Shown here piece by piece: positions 26,936 to 39,689 of a DNA stretch of 64,000 nt (position 1 is its first letter; each line of letters starts with the position of its first letter). The notes under the pieces are model-generated. The model was not told where the DNA came from. It saw only the letters and a program-made list of their open reading frames with translations, and searched no databases. The DNA is from Octopus sinensis (lineage: Eukaryota): NCBI RefSeq assembly GCF_006345805.1, contig NC_043019.1:620001-684000 (forward strand), in the 5' to 3' direction. Position numbers and translations under genes: made by a program.

Positions 26936-28165
26936 GTTAAAAGTTCTAGCTGTGGTTGTTGTAGCAGTGATGTTTATTAGTTTTGCTGCAGAAGCTTTGG
27001 TCATGGCCAAGATCCACCTCAGCGCTGATAGAGAAAACCAATGAAGAAAATAACCTTGGCGTGACTATCCTACCTTGCTTTTAAATATAGTTGTATATGT
27101 CTCCAAAACCACTTTATTTCAAGTGTCATTCAGGCGGTGTACTAAGAGAGTCGTTAGCACACCGGACGTAGCATTTTATCATTTTTACGTTCTGAACTCA
27201 AATTCCTCCGAAATCGATTTGCTTGAATACTTACGGGGATCCTATATTAAGTATCACTTGGACAATGGGGTTGATACGTAGCACTCACTCCTTGTCCTAA
27301 AATTGCCGGCCTTGTGGAAAAATTTTAAACCATTTTTGTTTGCAAGTGTCGTTAAACATATGTATATATTAGTTGAAGACACCTACCCAAAGTATCACAC
27401 TGTGGGACTGAACCTGGAACCAGATGTTTGGGAAGCAAGCTTCCTACCACAGAGCTACAAATAAAATATAAATATATGCATTGATACATATAAAACCACA
27501 TAACCACATACATATACATACACATTCCCATATCTATAGATATGTGTGTACATGCACATACACACGCACACATTCTCACACGCTCACACATACACAATAC
27601 ATATGCAGGCACACATATTTGTTAGATGTCGCCAAGATTATTTTGGCTAAATTCAACCTGCCATAATTTCCTTGCCTAATTATACACTTAATTGGATTTC
27701 AATGGATTTCAATTAATTATATTGTGAGGTATTTTTTCGGATTTTCAGCATAACTGATTTTCCTTAAATTACATAAATACCTCTTGTTATACATAAAAGC
27801 ATTGTAATCTATTGTTACATCCCAGTGAAAATTTCACTAATTTACACTTTACCTTTTATGCACCCATCCAGATCTATAAAGATAATTATCTGTCAAGTAC
27901 AGGTAACAACATTAGCAAATGGTTCTTCTGTTCCCCAAATGTCTTTACACCGTTGTTCAACGTCGATGGCGCAAAAGAACACATAATTCATCTTAAAAAT
28001 AATTCCTTTCAGTCATACGTTATACTTCCACTGAGTTTAAATACTGCCGAGGCCCACGTTGCTTTCTATACAATAAACTATCAAGTGGATATTGATGAAA
28101 ATCCGTTTCGTTAGGCCTAAATTCGAGTTGAGCACAATTTGAAATTCATTGTTATACTATCGCAA

Positions 28166-28510
28166 GAGGCACAAGAGTGGTTGTGTGGTAAGTAGCTTGC
28201 TTACAAACCACATAGATGAAAAGCAAAGTCGACCTTGGCGGAATTTGAACTCAGAATGTAGAGGCAGACGAAATACCTATTTCTTTATTACCCACAAGGG
28301 GCTAAACACAGAAGGGACAAACAAGGACAGACATAGGTATTAAGTCGATTACATCGACCCCAGTGCGTAACTGGTACTTAATTTATCGACCCCGAAAGGA
28401 TGAAAGGCAAAGTCGACCTCGGCGGAAGTTGAACTCACAACGTAACGGCAGACGAAATACCGCTAAGCATTTCGCCCGGCTTGCTAACGATTGTGTCAGT
28501 TCGCCACCTT
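28166..28510. mobile_element. SINE A head fragment followed by minus-strand SINE B dimer
   Basis: AGGCACAAGAGTGGTTGTGTGGTAAG, then B body, junction GAAATACCTATTTC, then full B. Confidence 0.75.
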
Positions 28511-29239
28511 TCGGCTACTGTACCAATTGCCTTTTTATTCAATCTCAACCGTTGTTGCTTTTAAATCCCAGGTCAGCGTTCGTTGGTTGTTTTTTTTTTA
28601 TCTCTGTTCAAGGGCATTCTCGTTGTGAATATCTTATCTTTACGGTTGGTTTATTGTGGAGTGCGTTCTGTAATATTTCATGCTCTTTTAAAATGGAAAC
28701 AGCGAGATCTAAAAGGTAAGATTATTTCTAGGGGGTTAAGAATGGTACAAACAATATGCATGTTAGTCCACATCTCTTTCTCTATTCCCTCCTCTATCAT
28801 TCTCACTCACGTTTCGATTTTAAATATGATTTAAATATTTCTTTCACATTCTAAGCGCATCCAAGGACTAGAGTTCAACTCGGTGTTACTATGGTGAAAA
28901 TTAACTCTTATATGGAGACAGAGTGGACTGCACATGTAAAACCACATTCCGAGCTTGATCCTATTGCTAAGTATTTTAGGCCAGGTCCTCCTGCGTTTAA
29001 ATCCACTCTTGAATGCTAAATAGGATAGACAGTTTGCAGAATGTATCTATCTACCTACCTACCTACCTAGCTACCTACAACTCCATCTATCTCTCTTTCT
29101 ATCTATTCTCTATTTATCTACATATCTCTCAATGCATTATTTTATGCTATATTTTGTGTAAATTCTCGTCGTTCAGAAACTGCCCTAAAATGTATGTGGA
29201 TCTGCTACAAACTGAGAATGTGATGAATGTATATGTATA

Positions 29240-30507
29240 CGAGGGGCGTTCAATAAGTAATGCCACTGACCCACTTGCAGCTGTTTGATCTAGCTGAAAT
29301 TTTGCATGTGCACTTATTTATACCTCTATAGATTAAGTGGCGAATTACAGCTCTGAACTAATTGTGGTTCTGATTTACAGGTGTTTGAAATGGTCAAGTG
29401 GGGGAAATGGATCCTGTTGAGTGTCGAGCAGTGATCTGTGTTTTTTGTATTGAAAGGACGCACACACCACGGGAGACTTTTGATGAAATGAAAGTAACTT
29501 ATGGTGATGATGCCCATCATATGACTGTAAAACGCTGGCAGTGTGAATTCAAACATAGTCGGAAACTCTGTGGAAACAGCTCCAGATCTGGTCGCCCCCT
29601 TCTGCCGTTGATGAGACGTCTGTCCGTCAAGTGAGGCTGCCATTTTGGAAGGTCAACGCATAACTATTCGCCAAATAGCCCATAAGGTCAAGATTAGTAC
29701 CGGGTCTGTGAAACTATCATTCATGACCGTTTGCATATGCAAAAGGTGTCTGCCAGATGGATTTCCAGGCTGCTCACACCTTTCCAGAAGCAAGAACGCG
29801 TTGAGTGCTCGAGGATGAATTTGGAGATGTACCAAGAAGATGAGTCAAATTTTTCAAAAGACTGATCACACAGGATAAAACCTAGGTCCATCACTATGAT
29901 CCATAGACCAAAAGCCCAGTCAATGCAGTGAAAGCACCGTGACTCACCTCCTCCAAAAGAAGGCAAGGGTGCAGCCTCCGCTGACAAGGTTATGCTCACA
30001 GTTTCTGGACCCAGGACGGAAGTGAGTAGTGATGACAGATTTCCTGGCAAGGGGTACCACAATTACAGGAGCTATTATGCTTCACGTTTGAGGAAATTAA
30101 GAGAAGCTATCAAAATCAAGAGGCGGGGCAAGATCAGCAAAGGCATCCTCCTCCTGTAGGACAACGCTCCGGTCTACAACTCGCGTGTCGCCAGATCAGA
30201 AGCACAGGCGTGCAGCTATGAACTCCTCCCTTGCACCCTCTGATTTCACCTCTTCCCAGCCATGAAGTTGATTTTGAAAGGAAAGCGTTTCCCAGATGAT
30301 GCAGCCTGATTTCTGAAGTCACGTCGTGGTTGGAGGACCAATCTGGGGTCTTCTACAAAAACGGTCTCCAGAGCTGTATCAAACGATGGGAGAAATGCAT
30401 AACTCTGGGTAGTTCCTATGTAGGAAAAGGACTAATAACTGTGCCAAGTGTCGTGCTCTACTGCTATGGGAAGTGGGTCAGGGGCATTACTTATTGAACG
30501 CCCCTCG
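29240..30507 (+). mobile_element. Full-length mariner (Tc1/mariner) transposon, 1268 bp, inactive
   Basis: TA TSDs; 37-bp TIR CGAGGGGCGTTCAATAAGTAATGCC(A/C)CTGACCCACTT with 1 mismatch. Confidence 0.93.
29407..30435 (+). pseudogene. Mariner transposase pseudogene
   Basis: MDPVECRAVI, RSGRP, KVSARWISRLLT, ITQDKT*VHHYDP, *DNAP, PSDFHLFP motifs spread over frames with stops and frameshifts. Confidence 0.9.
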
Positions 30508-30627
30508 TATATATATATATAGGGAGCTTTTTAAGTGTTTTCGCTAAATAAATACAACTCCCGGTCTGGGAATCGAAACCGCAATTCTACGACCACGAGT
30601 TCGCTGCCTAAACACTGGGTCATTTCG

Positions 30628-30668
<41 letters not shown>

Positions 30669-30714
30669 GAATATATATATATATGTGTGTGTGTGTATGT
30701 AGATATCATATATA

Positions 30715-30757
<43 letters not shown>

Positions 30758-30904
30758 ATATACATAGATGATATATTATAGATATAGAGAGAGAGAGAGA
30801 GAGAAGAGAGAGAGGAGAGAGAGAAAATATTCATGTAAGTCATCCTTATTCTGTGTCTTTTTATAATTTCATGAATATATATATATATATAATAACAAAT
30901 TAAT

Positions 30905-31150
30905 AAATAAAACACATGCGAAACACGGAGTAGTCGAAGCAGGGGAAGCTGAAGAAGGGGAATTTTCCTTGTGTTGTATGTCTTGTTCTCTGTTTTCTCG
31001 TTGTTTAAAAAAGTCCGTTTCCATGCTTTAGTTTTTATGTTTTCGATTCTCGTTGTGTTCTACGTTTTCTGGTGTCCTGTACCCATATATGCATGTATAT
31101 ATACATATAAATGTAGTATGTACATATATGTATGCATGTATGCATATGTT
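30905..31150 (+). mobile_element. Short repeat remnant with hammerhead half-motifs (related to 52150-52325 and 61508-61715)
   Basis: GCGAAAC...AGTAG...CTGAAGAAGGG...TTGTGTT...GTCCTGTAC.CAT is shared with the reverse complement of the other two loci. Confidence 0.5.
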
Positions 31151-31285
31151 TAATTTTTAATTTGCGATTATATGATCGAACGCCACGCATCCACTTCCAA
31201 GTAAGTTTTATCTATCTATCTATCCATATATATATATATATACATATATAGATATATATATATATATATATATTATATATACATA

Positions 31286-31333
<48 letters not shown>

Positions 31334-31338
<5 letters not shown>

Positions 31339-31568
31339 TAAATTAGAGATAAAACACTATTAGGCAAATCATACAATGAAAAACTTAAGCCAATACATTA
31401 GATTAATTAATTTATATTATTTAATATATATCAAATTATTAAAAACGATAATTATTTAAAAATAATTTTTAAATATATTTAAATAATATAAATTAATTAA
31501 TCTTATGTATTGGCTTTTTTTCCATTGTATCATTTGCCTAATAGTGGGTTTATCTCTAATTTAATATA
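31334..31568. repeat. Degenerate inverted repeat (~90-bp arms)
   Basis: TAAATTAGAGATAAAACACTATTAGGCAAAT...AAGCCAATACAT mirrored by ATGTATTGGCTT...ATTTGCCTAATAGTGGGTTTATCTCTAATTTA. Confidence 0.8.
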
Positions 31569-32079
31569 ATATAATATTTTACTATAAAATTGGATTCAAT
31601 CCTAAATCTGATTTTCCCTGTAAGTTTGGATTTATTCCCTATATTTTATTATTAATATATCTATATATAGATAATATATATAATGATTTTTATTCCATAA
31701 AAAAACATATCAGACCTGGTATAATTTTTTACACTCGTCGAGACAGTCTCCAAAAATTTATCTCTAATGTAGATATTTTTTTCAAATATTTCTTTATTGC
31801 TTCGCAGTGGTAGCCTTGTGGTCAACTTCATGTGAAATACACCATAAGAATTTTTTTCGAAATTCCATCTTCTATTTTCTTTTAGATAATAGCAAGTTTT
31901 ATGTTCGTCATGTTTTCTCTCGTCCGATAGTTATTCATAACATACGTTTCATCATTTTTTTCTCTCTCGTGGAATCACTCTCCCGATAAATCAGAGAAAT
32001 AACTTTTTTTTTTGTAAATTACGAATTATTTACTTTTCTGTTGAAACCTAATTCCATCTAAATCAAACACCACTGTCAT

Positions 32080-32571
32080 AATGTATGTATGTATGTATAT
32101 TTTTTATGTATGTATGTATGTATGTATGTATGTATGTATGTATGTATGTATGTATGTATGTATGCTTTATGTATGTATGTATGCATGTATGCGTGTATGT
32201 ATGTATGTGAGTATCTATGTATGTATGTATGTACGCACGTATGTACGTATGTATGTATGTATGTTATGTGTGTATGTATGTATGTATGCGGGTACGTACA
32301 AACGTACGTAAGTGTGTATGTATGTACGAATATATGTTTGTATGTAAGCATGCATGTATGTATGTATGTACGAATGTATGTATGTAAGTATGTATGCATG
32401 TATGTATGTATGTGTGTATGTATGTATCTATCTATCCATCTATCGATGCACGCATACATAAGTATGTATAATATATATATATATGTATATATTTATATGT
32501 ATCTACATATCTATATATCTGTCTATCTAGCTAGCTAGCTATCTATATATGTATCTATCAATCTCTTCTCA

Positions 32572-32617
<46 letters not shown>

Positions 32618-32646
32618 ACACATATATAGGTATATACAACACACAC

Positions 32647-32680
<34 letters not shown>

Positions 32681-32720
32681 ATATATAATATATATATATA
32701 ATATATACACATACATGTGT
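32080..32720. repeat. (TATG)n and mixed microsatellites
   Basis: Direct inspection. Confidence 0.9.
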
Positions 32721-33051
32721 GTGTGTTTGCTTACTGCCAAAACTCATATGTACTTCAGATTACTTTAAAACGCATACTGACACAAACCAACGAACAAAAA
32801 TAACGAACCCTCTGCAATTGATAAACAGAATTACTTGTTCTAACTATGCCTTGATACACGCACGCGCGCGTGCGCACACACATGCATAGACACACACGCA
32901 TAAGTTTCTGCATTTAATTAACAAATTTCTTGCTTTTTTAAATCACACACGCGTGGTATCTTACGTTCAGAATTCTGAGGTCTCTCAACACACCTATACA
33001 TACCACACATCCATACATATCACACACCACACACACACACACACACACACC

Positions 33052-33092
<41 letters not shown>

Positions 33093-33176
33093 TGTTGATC
33101 AAAATAAAAACATGATGCCACCTACACCACCAAACGGTATATACAGTTGCTAACAATTATCAATACTCCACCCCGA

Positions 33177-33207
<31 letters not shown>

Positions 33208-33474
33208 CTCTCGATACGAGGGCAAATAATTCCAGAGAAAAAAATTCCCGAAAAATTAATTTGCTAAGACGATATTTATTACATAAGCGCAGCTGTCTTG
33301 TTAATTACTTTAATTAAGAGATCCATAAATATACGATGTGCAAGACCATTTATACACCAAACGTAAATGCCAGTCCAGTTGTGCGGCACTTTGTGCAAAG
33401 TGTTTCCCACCGTAGATCTGATGGTCGCAAAGGCTTGTGTGCGTATTTGTACTCTATATGATGTATATATTATA

Positions 33475-33507
<33 letters not shown>

Positions 33508-34106
33508 AATATATATCGATGTGTGTGTACTCGTTGTTTGTGTGTCTTGTGTTCTTGTGTGATGCTTGGCACCCACCGCCTAACAATAGGTAGTGTTTGT
33601 TTCCGTTCCCGTCTCTTAGCTGTTCATTAAAAAGTAACAGATAGAATAAGTAAGTACCAGACTTAAAAGCATAAGTACCAGCTTTCGATATTTCGACTAA
33701 ATCTGTCGAGGCTGTGCCGCAGCATGGTTGCAATCCAAACACTGAAGCAAGCATATAAACTTATGATTTGAAATGTGCGTATGTGTGCGCGTCTATTTAT
33801 GTATATATATATATATCGCACACACACACACACACACACATGGGTACTTGACGCTCGTGAGGGTCTAATAAATTGTATCGAAGACAAATGATGCTGATGA
33901 TTTATAGATAAATATGTGAGTATAATTGCATATTATATTGATAAAGAAACAATTGTTCAGCATTAATCTATCTTTTCGTTGTATTTCACTTTCCTTACGA
34001 TGAAGGTAATGTTATTTCTTTGTGGAAACAACTTCGGTGGCTATACCAGAATTAGGAGCTATTTTTAGCACTAGAGTTAACCACTTAACGGTAACTCTCT
34101 TATATT

Positions 34107-34143
<37 letters not shown>

Positions 34144-34167
34144 ATATGTTACATTGCTCGATAGTCA

Positions 34168-34230
34168 AGATAAAACTCTGAGTTTCAGATGCTGAAGTGG
34201 GAATCCACGCCGCCATCTCTTCGGTTATCT
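34168..34230 (-). ncRNA. Type I hammerhead-like motif (U4C core), mirror copy
   Basis: Reverse-complement copy of 34297-34359. Confidence 0.55.
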
Positions 34231-34296
34231 GGTGAGGTCTCTTACACACACAAGAATTTAATATGGATGCATATAAAGGGCGTTTTCAAAATAGCC

Positions 34297-34359
34297 AGAT
34301 AACCGAAGAGATGGCGGCGTGGATTCCCACTTCGGCATCTGAAACTCAGAGTTTTATCT
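34297..34359 (+). ncRNA. Type I hammerhead-like motif (U4C core)
   Basis: AGATAA CCGAAGA GATG...CATC T GAAA CTCAGAG T T TTATCT; helix I 6 bp, long helix II, quasi-palindromic helix III ACTC-A-GAGT, GUU triplet. Confidence 0.6.
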
Positions 34360-34448
34360 TGACTATCGAGTAATGTAACACATTTTTTATAGATAAATTC
34401 CTCTATTTACACAATATTGAGGTCACTTTCTTTCTTTTATTATATTAC

Positions 34449-34679
34449 CTATTTCTTTATTACCACAGGGGGCTAAAACAGAGGGGACAAACAAGGACAG
34501 ACATAGGTATTAAGTCGATTACATCGACCCCAGTGCGTACTGGTACTTAATTTATCGAACCCCGAAAGGATGAAAGGCAAAGTCGACCTCGGCGGAATTT
34601 GAACTCAGAACAAAGCAGCAGACGAAATATCGCTAAGCATTTCGCCCAGCGTGCTAACGTTTCTGCCAGCTCGCCGCCT
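34449..34679 (-). mobile_element. SINE family B, full length
   Basis: TATTACC on both flanks. Confidence 0.85.
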
Positions 34680-34746
34680 TATTACCGTTATATTACTGTT
34701 TTACCAATTTATATATATATAATTATTATATATATATATATATATA

Positions 34747-34802
<56 letters not shown>

Positions 34803-36071
34803 CATACATACAGACATGTATATCTATATATGTATGTATGTATGTATATATAACAAAACAAATATGTATATATAACAAGACAAAATTAATAGACGTCTCC
34901 CAACTTTCCTTAGAAGGCACTAGTGGAGTAAAACTAAGATTTCGGTGGCTATTGTGATTTCATTTTTAGAAAATTTAAGAAGTGATTTCTCATTTCAGAA
35001 AAGAGAATTTAAATCTTGACAACAGAGAATAATAGATATCTCAGTGATAACAACGACAGACTAGCGACATTCATGACCAAATTGTATTTAAGACCACTTT
35101 GCGATTGCAGAAGGAAGGAAACTCTTTTACACTACCCATTCATAAACCAGTCAAACTGTTTTTCTTACTTAAATGATTATAACTGACTTTAATAAAATAG
35201 CGTTGACACAACAGCTTCTCGACAAAGACTGAAATAGTTGGTATTATGTTAAAATCAATAATATCTAATGGATGGAACAACAGACGAGATTTTAGTCCTT
35301 TCTCGACCTTTTAAATGACGGAAGAAGAAAACAATAAAGAACACGCTGAGGTATTTCAATACAGGAACAAATGACATAGCATTTTGTTATCTTAAAATAA
35401 ACAGTCTTAGCCAAACAAATAGTTACAGTACACAAACCAATCATTTTCCAATCAAATTGGTCTTAATAGGTATCACTTTAATCCATTTGTGCAAGCTGCG
35501 TTTTATTTCTTGCTTTAATACATAAAAGTAATAATTCACATCGACACAATTGTTACTATTCCGTGAGTAGAACTGACTTTTAACTTCGTTCAGCATGTAA
35601 CGTAAAATACGGCAATCACAGATCTCCAGCTCATACATAAAACGTCTTAGTTACAAACGCATTTGAATAAATTGTCTACATTTATACACATAGGAGGTTG
35701 TATGTACACACATATATATGTCGAAAGACGCCTGTTATGAGGTCCTGTTATTGTTATTATTATTATTATTATTATTATATTGTTTTTTCCTATTATTTTT
35801 GTATTCATATTCGTGTAACATCGTTTTCCCGTCCTTGTTTCGTATACATTCGAAGCTTTCTTCCAAGGAATCTAATGCGCTTAGCTTAGTTTTTCCTTGG
35901 GGCTGGCCAGATTGGAGCAATCTGGCAAGATTAATCAGCCGAAATTGCGAGGATGATCCGGGATCCGGTTCATGATTGAGGATTGAAGGCTTCGAATGAC
36001 CCTTCCTTTTTATTTGCATCGTCTTCTAAATGTTTTGCGTTCTTGTCCCAGTTTGTATACACACACACACA

Positions 36072-36113
<42 letters not shown>

Positions 36114-36255
36114 CAAGAATAATAGTGATTGTTTCTTATTAGGAACAAAATGGTTAGGGCTGCTATAGATGTGCTCAAGTAAATGAGACGAGTATAACAA
36201 ACTTTGGTGTTGTGATGTGTTAGGTGGATGACCATATATATATATATATAGGCGT

Positions 36256-36594
36256 GTGAGGGCGCGTGGCTTAGTGGTTAGGGCATTCGGCTCATGATCG
36301 TAAGGTTGTGAGTTCGATTCCCGGCGACGCGTTGTGTCCTTGAGCAAGACACTTTATTTCACGTTGCTCCCAGTCCCTCAGCTGGCAAAAATGAATTGTA
36401 CTTGTATTTCAAAGGGTCAGCCTTGTCACTCTCTGTGTCACGCTGATTATCCCCGAGAACTACGTTAAGGGTACACGTGTCTGTGGAATGCTCAGCCATT
36501 TGCACGTTAATTTCACGAGCAAGCTGTTCCGTTGATCGTATCAGCTGGGACCCTCGTCGTCGTAACCGGCGGAGTCTTTTTTAAAGTCTTTTAA
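36256..36594 (+). mobile_element. SINE family D inserted at the head of a family A fragment (36601-36693)
   Basis: Head GTGAGGGCGCGTGGCTTAGTGGTTAGGG, B-box GAGTTCGATTCCC, CORE-like GTCCTTGAGCAAGACACTT; TSD ATATATAGGCGT. Confidence 0.85.
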
Positions 36595-38492
36595 ATATAT
36601 AGGCGTAGGAGTTGCTTGCTTACCAACCACATGGTTCCGGGTTCAGTCCCACTGCGTGGCACCTTGGGCAAATGTCTTCTACTATAGCTTCGGCACACAC
36701 ACACATATATAGTATATGTATCTGTCTACATATATGTGCTTGCGTATTTGTGTGCGTGTATGTATGCCCGTGCGAATTAGGTTGGTAGGAAAGTAATGTT
36801 GCATTTCATATAATGACATTAAATCAACATATAACAAATCGTAATCGTGTCTATTCATAACATTTTACAATAACATTTCATAACGTCGCAGCCAGGTGTC
36901 TGATACGTTGGCAACAAAGAAAAATAGAAATCAAGCAGATTTTATTTTTCAATTGTTAAAGAGGGTAATATTTCGAGTACTTTCTCGACCTATTCGTGGC
37001 TTCGGAAAGTTTTTCTGTTGCAAGCATTTTAAGCGATCTAAATTAGAGAAAACATAATGGTGCCAGGTCAGTAGAATCGAGAGCGTGAGGTAGAACCTCA
37101 CAACCTGATTAATTTATTTTTGTTGTGTTGTCATCGCTGAATATTTCCTTGCATTATGGTGGATTATTATGAGTAAGTAACTCCCCTCATCTATACACTT
37201 TCCCAAACCGCCTATGATGCCCATGCAATGTGGAACACGATTTATTAAGCGTCCGGGATCAGTTCCTGCAACTTTGTTGCGAATCCTGTTCAGTTACTGC
37301 TTTCACTACCCATTATTGGTAACGGTTGCTGTTCCCGATTGATTATCATCTAAATCTTTAAATTTGCTTTTGAAAATTGTTAAAGCATCAAGGGCATCAC
37401 AAACGGGGTTTATTCGGGTACCTTGAACTATTGGTGATCCAACGGGTCACAGGTAGTCTAGTCTCTAAGAAAAATCAACTCCATTCATCTCTTGGGCGGG
37501 TGTAACTCTTCCTTTGATATGAGTTTTGTTTAGATGAATTTTACGATTTCTTTAACGATTTTTGTAAAAATATATTTCATCTGAATATTCATCTCACTCT
37601 TCCAGCGTCAATGTACGAAAATAGTAAATATCTTTAAGACAGTTATCACTTTGTGATATCATATTAATAACAAATGTACCCGTTGCGTCACGCTTTAACA
37701 TCTATGTCATAGGCAGATCTCTTTTTAGGAGAATGGGTTTTGAACCTTAGTGTTATTCGTACGATATTGACACTTAAGGTAATAAAATCATACGCATCAT
37801 TTTCTTGGAATAAAATTATTAGTAGCTCTCGCGTTCAACAAATGTTACAGGGGGGCATAATTGTTTTGTCGTTGAAGAAGTTAGCTATAGGTAATGTTCA
37901 CCCCAGAATCGTTTCATTCCTTTCATATGGCCACCCGGGGGATTATTTTGAACATGTTATTGCAATCAAATACCTCGTTAGTGATTGCATAACTTCAAGA
38001 AAATTCGCTTTATGTTTCCAGTTTCTTCTATAGCCAAAACCAATGCCAAATAATAATCTGTGTATCTTTCTTCTTGTTTTCCTTTGATTCTTTGCTATTG
38101 AAGTTGATGTTGATATGTCCATCCATATTGTTATTAGCAAATCTCTGCTTGGGGAGAACATGACAACGATTTGTGAATAAAAGGTTTCTTCAACGAAGAT
38201 GATCAGAAGAATCACCACTTACTGCTAAAAGCCTCTCAGTTGAATGATCAATTTTGGAGATAATTTTCATGACAAACAATGTTAGACACAAAACTACGTA
38301 CATTTACATCCATAGATGGGAGTATCTATGTTTGCATTAGCATACGTGCACGTATGTATATAAAAAAATACGAACGTTCGTACATATGTATACACACACA
38401 CAATGTATACACACACACAATGTATACACACACACAAACACGCATACATAGAAATATATAGATATATGCATATATCTATCTATATATATATA

Positions 38493-38724
38493 TATTTCTT
38501 TATTACCCACAAGGGGTTAAACATAGAGGAGACAAATAAGGACAGACAAAGGGATTAAGTCAACAACATCGATCCCAGAGCGTAAATGGTACTTTACTTA
38601 TCGACCCCGAAAAGATGAAAGGCAAAGTCGACCTCGGCGGAATTTGAACTCAGAACGTAGCGACAAACGAAATAATGCTGAGCATTTCGCCCGGCGTGCT
38701 AACGATTCTGGCAGCTCGCCGCCT
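38493..38724 (-). mobile_element. SINE family B
   Basis: Full-length match to other copies. Confidence 0.85.
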
Positions 38725-38744
38725 TGTATGTATGTATATGTATG

Positions 38745-38851
<107 letters not shown>

Positions 38852-39314
38852 TATATATATGTATATATATATATATGTATATATATATTATATATATATA
38901 TATGTATATATATATTATATATTATATATATATATATGTATGTATATATATATATATATATGCATATATATATATATATATTATATATATATATATACAT
39001 ATATATATATAAGAGTATTTATGTGTATATACAGCAAGCTTATATCTATGCACCCATAAACGTGTGCGTGTATACATGTCTGTATGCCAAGGTAGACAGA
39101 TCTCTAAATGTAAAACTTGGGATCAGATCGCACTAAGTGACACTCACTTTAAAACCATTCCGATCAGGCAGAAAGAAAAGCCCTACAGTAATGGAAAATT
39201 GGCGAAGACTGCTTGTAAACGATGGTTCTGGCAGTCGCATGCTCTATTCTGTATGTAGGCAGTTTCTCTTTTCTTGATGTTCTAACATAAAGGAATGCCA
39301 TGAATAAATGCATG

Positions 39315-39361
<47 letters not shown>

Positions 39362-39490
39362 AATTCAAGGTGAGTACTTGATAATTGTAAGCACCTGTAT
39401 ATACCGTTGGTGGTGTATTTGATAATTAATAAAGGCCCGAAACATATGTACCGCTGAATCCTTGGCATCATGTTTTTATTTTGATTAATT

Positions 39491-39549
<59 letters not shown>

Positions 39550-39689
39550 TGCGGAGATGTACTTGCATAGCTAGTGACTTGATCTGAGATCGTGTGCTGG
39601 AACGAAAACAATTGCAGCGTGGAAGGTGTTTATAAGCCATTTAAGAAACACACAAAAACCGTTAGGTTCACTTCAACATTTAAATTTAA

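Larger units (their letters stand above)
34147..34380. repeat. 86-bp inverted repeat (84/86 identical) with 62-bp spacer; Penelope-like terminal remnant
   Basis: Arms 34147-34232 and 34295-34380; each arm contains a hammerhead-like fold. Confidence 0.9.

Noticed and set aside
27853-27873. 21-nt minus-strand microexon candidate
   Set aside because: Weak acceptor in AT-rich DNA; expected by chance
27812-28114. 100-aa non-repetitive ORF
   Set aside because: Starts at TTG, has no recognisable domain and no supporting gene structure
36775-36812. Mariner-TIR-like ATTAGGTTGGTAGGAAAGTAATGTTGCATTT
   Set aside because: No matching second TIR or transposase found nearby
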